The position numbers and the translations under genes were made by a program. Shown piece by piece: positions 59,121 through 64,000 of a DNA stretch of 64,000 nucleotides. The stretch covers positions 1,302,001 to 1,366,000 of the forward strand of contig OZ251243.1 in assembly GCA_965240325.2 (NCBI GenBank), given 5' to 3'. The stretch comes from Rebecca billardiae RCC1528. Taxonomy: Eukaryota; Protista; Haptophyta. The stretch's first letter is position 1, and each line of letters starts with the position of its first letter. The notes below the pieces were generated by a model. That model was not told the DNA's origin and did not search any database. It worked only from the letters and a program-made list of their open reading frames with translations.

Positions 59121-59479
59121 GCCAGAACCAGTAGTAGTGGTAGTGCCGTGCGCAATCAACGGCCGATCCCCAGTGGCCAGTTCGTGATTCGTCAAGGGTT
59201 ACTCCCCGTATCCTCGGCCAGCTGGCAGAGTTTGCCGCGATGTTGGGCACTGCGGTTTCGTCAGATGCCGAGGGCGCCCGGCCTCGGCGCGGGGCGGCCC
59301 CGTCGCCCCCGCGGCGCTGCGCGGCGCCGCGCCGGTGGCCGGCGCAGTGGGCCGTGGGCGGTGGCAGCCGGGGCCGCGCGTCGGTGCGCGGGGCCGCCGA
59401 TGCCGTGTCGTGCATGAGCCGCGGTGGCTGAGCGCGCTAGCCTCACGCCGCGGCGACGCGGCACGTGGCGCCGCGCCGC

Positions 59480-59760
59480 CTCGACGCATCCCCGCGGCGG
59501 CGGCGGTGGCCCGGCGGCGAGCCAGCCGAGCGCTTGCGCCACGAGCCCGGCGCGCGGCACGGGCGCGTGGCGCCGCCCTCGCCTGCGCGGCCGCACCCGA
59601 GCACGGCTACGCGCAGCGCCCGCGCCCGACGAGGACGAGCCCCACCGAGCCTCCGCGCGCCGTGCATCGCCGGCCGGCTCGAACGCGCCCGACTCGGCGG
59701 CGCCGCCCTCGCGCGCGCCCGCGCCGCACGCCGCGCTCGCGGCTGGCTGCCGGGCGCCGC
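59480..59760 (-). pseudogene. Decayed partial copy of the 3' part of the UBA-methyltransferase gene
   Basis: 59596-59720 aligns with 56382-56530 (AREGGAAESGAFEPAG versus AREGGAGEAGAFEPAV), with indels. Confidence 0.75.
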
Positions 59761-59975
59761 GCCAGCGGAAGCGCCCGCGGGCCGCCGGCGCCTTTGGTGG
59801 CGATGTCGTCGGCCTCGCACGGGCTCGCGCTGGCGAGCGGCGCGCAGGGCGAGAGCGGCATGGGCGCGCCCTCGCCGCCGCTGCCCGGCCGCCTGTCGCG
59901 CGGCGGCGCTGTCGTCGCGGGAGGCGACGACAGACTCTCGCCCCGCCGCCATCGCCCCGCCGCCATGACCCGAGA

Positions 59976-60076
59976 GACCAAGGAGAATCACAGCGCAGGC
60001 AGGCGAGATTGAACACAGTTTTGTTGTGATTCTCCTTGGTCGTTTTGTTGTTTTATTGATGTGATTCTCCTTGGTC
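59976..60076. repeat. 17-bp inverted repeat plus a third direct copy (tgtgattctccttggtc)
   Basis: gaccaaggagaatcaca at 59976-59992; tgtgattctccttggtc at 60025-60041 and 60060-60076. Confidence 0.9.
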
Positions 60077-60831
60077 GCCGGTTCACGATGGTTGCTGATG
60101 ACCGGCCCGGCCGGGTGCCCAACTTGGCGGGCGGCTCGCCGCGCAGGCGGGCGCGCTGCGTGGCGCGCACGCACACCGCGCGTCGCGCGTACGCGTGGTG
60201 CCCAGCTAAACTGCGAGATGGCGCGCCCGCTGCTGCGACCGCGTGACGGCGGCCCCGTCGCTCGCCGCGTGCGCGGCGGTTGCCCCCGTGGTCGCGCTCG
60301 GCGCCCGACAGTGCGCGTCGCGCTCCGAGCGCTCGCCGAGCGAAGCGGCGCGGGCCGCGTTGGGGCGGAGCCTCCATGCAGCCTCACACTGCACGCGAGC
60401 TGAGCCGATGCGCTCGCGCCGCGTCCGCTCTCCCTCGGCCCGCGCATGACCCCAGCTGCGGCGGCGGTCGCAGCCGTGCGATGTCGCGGCGCTTGGCGGC
60501 GCGCTCATCGCCACGCGCCTCTATGACGGGCGCGTCCCGCCGCGCGCAAACGCGCCCCACGAGGCCGCCGCGACCGCACCGCGCTCGCTTCGAGCCGGCG
60601 CGCGCTGGGCGCGAGCGTCTGCGGCGGCCGAGTCGGCTGCTGCTACTGCTAGCTGTTGCGGCCGTTGCCGCTCGCCGCGCCGAGCAGCGCACGACGCCGG
60701 CGGATGGCGCGGCCCTCGTGCAGTGACACGCTTGACGGTCTCGGGGCGCGCCTAGGTTATACTTATTACACATATATTTGTATATACGTACTACTTGTAA
60801 TAATATATATACTTATATATAATAATTATTA

Positions 60832-62683
60832 CAGTGGGCGGGTCTCACTGGGGGACCTGCAAAACAACGGACCGGAGTTTTGGCGAAGCTTCGGCGGTTG
60901 CGCGGCGGACGGCGGCGGCGGCTTCGAAGCCGCCCCCACGAGGAGGCGCGGGCGCTGTGGCGCGAGGCGAATGCAAGTCCGCCGCGTGAGCCGGCGGGGA
61001 AGTGAGCACCACGAGTTGTGAGGCGAACCTGGGCGATTGCGGACGCGCGCAAGCTCAAGGCGCCGCCGAATCGTGGCGACTGGCTCCACGACCAGAGGCA
61101 CAAGCCGGGTGCCCGCGCTGGTGCGCGCTCGCGCGGCGCGCCGACCGTGCGTCCGCGGGGTGCAAAATCGGGCACGGTGGTTCCGCACGAGTTTCAATGA
61201 GCAACGCGTTCCAGAAGTTCCGCTTGAAAACGCCCGCCGGAAGCGCGGTCACCATACCTGACATCTGCTGCGGCGCCCCTCGCGTCGACATCGTGCGGCG
61301 CGGCCACCGACTCCGCGCCCGCGCGCAGAATGGGAGGGGCTGGTGCAGGAGCAGATGCAGGACTCGGACGCCGAGGAGAAGTCGAGCGCCACGTTCCGCA
61401 CCCACCGCTACGCATACGGCGCTCCTGGGCGAAGACTGCCACTGTGCGGGTGGGCTGTCTCTTCGCGAGCTCTCAGCGTGGAGTCAGCGATCAAGCTGAG
61501 GTTGCAGCGCGGCAACATCGTGCAGGGTGGGCGGGTACCGACGCCGCGCTTCGCACGCCGTCTGCGACGGCATCAAACGCCGCGACCACCGCGGCGCCCG
61601 GCCAGCGTGGCAGCATCGGGCCTGCTGACGGCGGGCGTGACGGTCGGGCGCGGGCGCGGTGGCATCCCGGGGCGCGGGGGCGAGTGCAGCAGCGGTGGCG
61701 GGCGCGGCTGCTGGCAGAGCGCATCTCGCGACGAGGAGTCACTCGGCGCGCACGTCACGCCGCGCGCGATATCGATTCGTCGCCCGGCGAGCGCGGCAGC
61801 ACCGGGCCTGCTGAATGCGGGCGTGACAGCCGGGCGGGCGCCGCAGCGGTCGGGCGCTGCGCCTGCCGCGCTGGCGCGGCACTGTAGCCGGGGCGGCGCG
61901 GTGGCAGACGCCGCGGCGGCGGACGCCGCGGCGGCCGGCGCGACGGCGGGTGGAGCGCATCTCGCGACGAGGAGTTACTCGCCGCGCACGTCACGCTGCG
62001 CGCATCTTCGAGGGGTCGCCCGGCGAGTGCGGCAGCACCGGGCCGGCTGATGGCGCAGCGACGGCGGTCGCGGCGGCGGCAGCCGGCGCGGCGGCCGCAG
62101 CGGCGGCCGGCTCGGCAGCGGCGGGCGCTGCGGCGGGCGGTGCGCATCTCGCCACAAGAAGACGTTCGGTGCGAACTTCACGCCGCGCACACCATCGAGC
62201 GGGGTCTGCGGTGCTGCTTCGGCAAGCGCGTCAGCTGCACCTCCGGCCGAGCGACGAGTCGACGCAAACGACAACGCGCGACGCATCGAGCTGTGTTCCG
62301 AGCAGTGCCATTCACATTGGCGCTAGTGGCAGCGGTGGGCTGTACACGCTGACGACGCAGCGAGGCGTGAGGTGGTGGTCCACGCCACCGTCGTACCGCG
62401 TCGCCTCGCGCACCCCGAGCGCGCGCGACGAGCTGTACGGGCACGGAAGCTGACAGCATCCCCGCGCCCGGCGCCGCGACCGCGACCCCGCGCAGGCCAG
62501 GGGCCCTCCCGGAGAGCTGATTTTCGTCCGCGCGCTTTGCTGAAGTCGCGCTGGTGAGCTCAGACGCCGGCGCATACCCCGCCGGCGCTAGTCTGTCGCA
62601 CCCCGTTTGTTCCGAGTCGCTGAGACCGCGCCGATCGTCAGATAGTTTTGAATTTCTGCTCCGCCAGTGGGACCAGCCCACTG
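60832..62683. mobile_element. Tc1/mariner-type non-autonomous DNA transposon (1852 bp, TA flanks)
   Basis: TA|CAGTGGGCGGGTCTCACTGG ... CCAGTGGGACCAGCCCACTG|TA (18/20 inverted match). Both ends lie in TA-rich tracts. No transposase ORF. Confidence 0.85.
61590..62200. repeat. Internal ~190-240-bp tandem repeat x3
   Basis: cgcccggc.ag.g.ggcagca.cgggcc.gctga at 61596, 61781 and 62017; gcgcatctcgc.ac.ag.ag at ~61719, ~61956 and ~62142. Confidence 0.85.
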
Positions 62684-62999
62684 TAATTATATATAATAAT
62701 ATATGTATATACTCATATACTGTACGTGACCGACACACTCCCGACTCCGCGTCGTAGACGTAGTCGGTCCGCGGGACGACTCCGCCACTGTCTGACACAC
62801 CGACCGACACACATCATGCTTATTATTATTCAGTTATTGTCAACTCGCCTCCGTGGCGCGCTGCCGCCGAGCCCGGGCGGGAAGATTCGGGAAGATTCGG
62901 CGGCGTCGCTCCAGCCTGGCCGCCGGTCGACTGCTCTCGAGGCAGCCCGCTCCGCGCGTGGCAGGCCGCCTGCGTCCCGACACTCATCAGTTGCACTGC

Positions 63000-63250
63000 G
63001 CGCCGGGCGGTCTGGGCGCGGGGTCAGCGACGACGGGCAGCGATGATGGGCGCGGCTATTGGCGAGCCTTGGCCGTATGCATCGTGCGTGCGCATCGTCC
63101 TGTCCAGCAGCCATCACCCGTGCCCGCCGCCGCCATGTCGTCACGGCCAGTGCGCGTAGCCCAACCACGCGGCAACTGCTGGCAAGGGGCGAGCCTCGGC
63201 GCAGCACGTGGCGCCGCGGCCGAGATCGAGGCGTGGCGCCCTGCAGCATG
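63000..63250. repeat. Fragment of the 34.5/45.5-kb repeat family
   Basis: ggcgagccttggccg..gcatcgt.. and gcacgtggcgccgcggccgagatcgaggcgtggc match 34715-35130. Confidence 0.7.
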
Positions 63251-64000
63251 CGCACCCATCTCGACGCGCTGACGTGGCCGATCAGCTCCAGTCACGTACG
63301 CAGCTCGTCTAGCGGACGTCGCAGCCGCTGCTCAGGCTCGGCCGCTCAGGCTGCGATGCGATCCGCGGACCGGGTGTGCGACCCTCACCGGACTGGTCGG
63401 CGCCGGTGACTCACCGCGCGCACTGGCGAGAGCATTTGCAGCCGGTGCCCATGTACATGCCCCGGCGTGGCCCGCGCGAGAACGCCTCAAAATCCGCCCT
63501 GCGCGGGCCATGCGCGCGCCCTCGACAGCGCGGGGCTGAGGCTGCCCGGACCGAGCGCCGGGCGAAATGCAGCATGCCTGCGCGGCGGAGAGAGGCGAGG
63601 GTGCTGGGCGAGAAGGAGGCGGGGAGGCTCTTCAGCGTCTACTGGCGCCATCCGGCTGGCGCGCGCGGGCGTGACCGCCGTGGGCGCCGCGCATCAACCT
63701 GCGCAAGCGAAGCGCGCGTGGTGCGGCCAGCCACTCGGACGGCCGCATCGCCCGATCGCGCCGTGCGTGCGCGGTGACGACTGGCGAGTCCGGTTGATGG
63801 CCAAAAGCTTCCGTCCGCCGGCTCACTGGTCAAGCAGCCGCGAGCTCAAGGCGCTCGCCACTGCTGCACGCCTTGCGCCGCTCCGAGCTCTCTCCGCCGC
63901 GGTTTTAGGCGCCGGCGCTCACCGCGTGCCGCGATGCCGCTCGAGCTCATCGAACTGACCGATGCCAGCACCCTCGCCATCTCCGGCCAGGGCGTCGCCA

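Larger units (their letters stand above)
55720..60012. mobile_element. Putative inverted-repeat-bounded non-autonomous element carrying a methyltransferase-like gene
   Basis: Repeat A pairs in inverted orientation with 59073-59120 (~45 bp) and with 59989-60012 (23/24 bp). No transposase ORF and no clear TSD. Confidence 0.5.

Noticed and set aside
1-64000. tRNA or rRNA genes
   Set aside because: No cloverleaf or rRNA-conserved sequence recognised by eye.

Overview
Extremely GC-rich, CpG-rich eukaryotic DNA with short GC-rich GT-AG introns. The style suggests a haptophyte or similar alga (inference only). Most ORFs in the supplied track are antisense or alternative-frame shadows. Bases 1-33.6 kb are gene-dense: a C2-BART-TBCC/RP2-BART protein running off the window, MAD2, a GH130/BMT-like propeller protein, an HA-domain protein, a C2H2 zinc-finger protein, a GCK-domain protein, a beta-helix protein, two tandem EF-hand-like paralogues, a GRAM-VASt-DysF protein and a GT77-like glycosyltransferase. 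A TIR element and a decayed transposase-like remnant interrupt this stretch. Bases 33.7-48.8 kb are a gene-free mosaic of diverged repeats, followed by an inverted pair of damaged F-box/RCC1 genes. The best candidate for a new system is 52.8-60.1 kb, a compact intronless DNA-modification cassette. It holds a circularly permuted C5-cytosine methyltransferase-like gene (motif order VII-VIII-IX-X-I-IV-VI), an ASCH-domain gene, and a large UBA + C5-methyltransferase-like gene bracketed by ~45-bp inverted/direct repeats, with a decayed partial copy beside it. A Tc1/mariner-type non-autonomous element lies at 60.8-62.7 kb. All domain calls come from reading motifs by eye, with no database searches.
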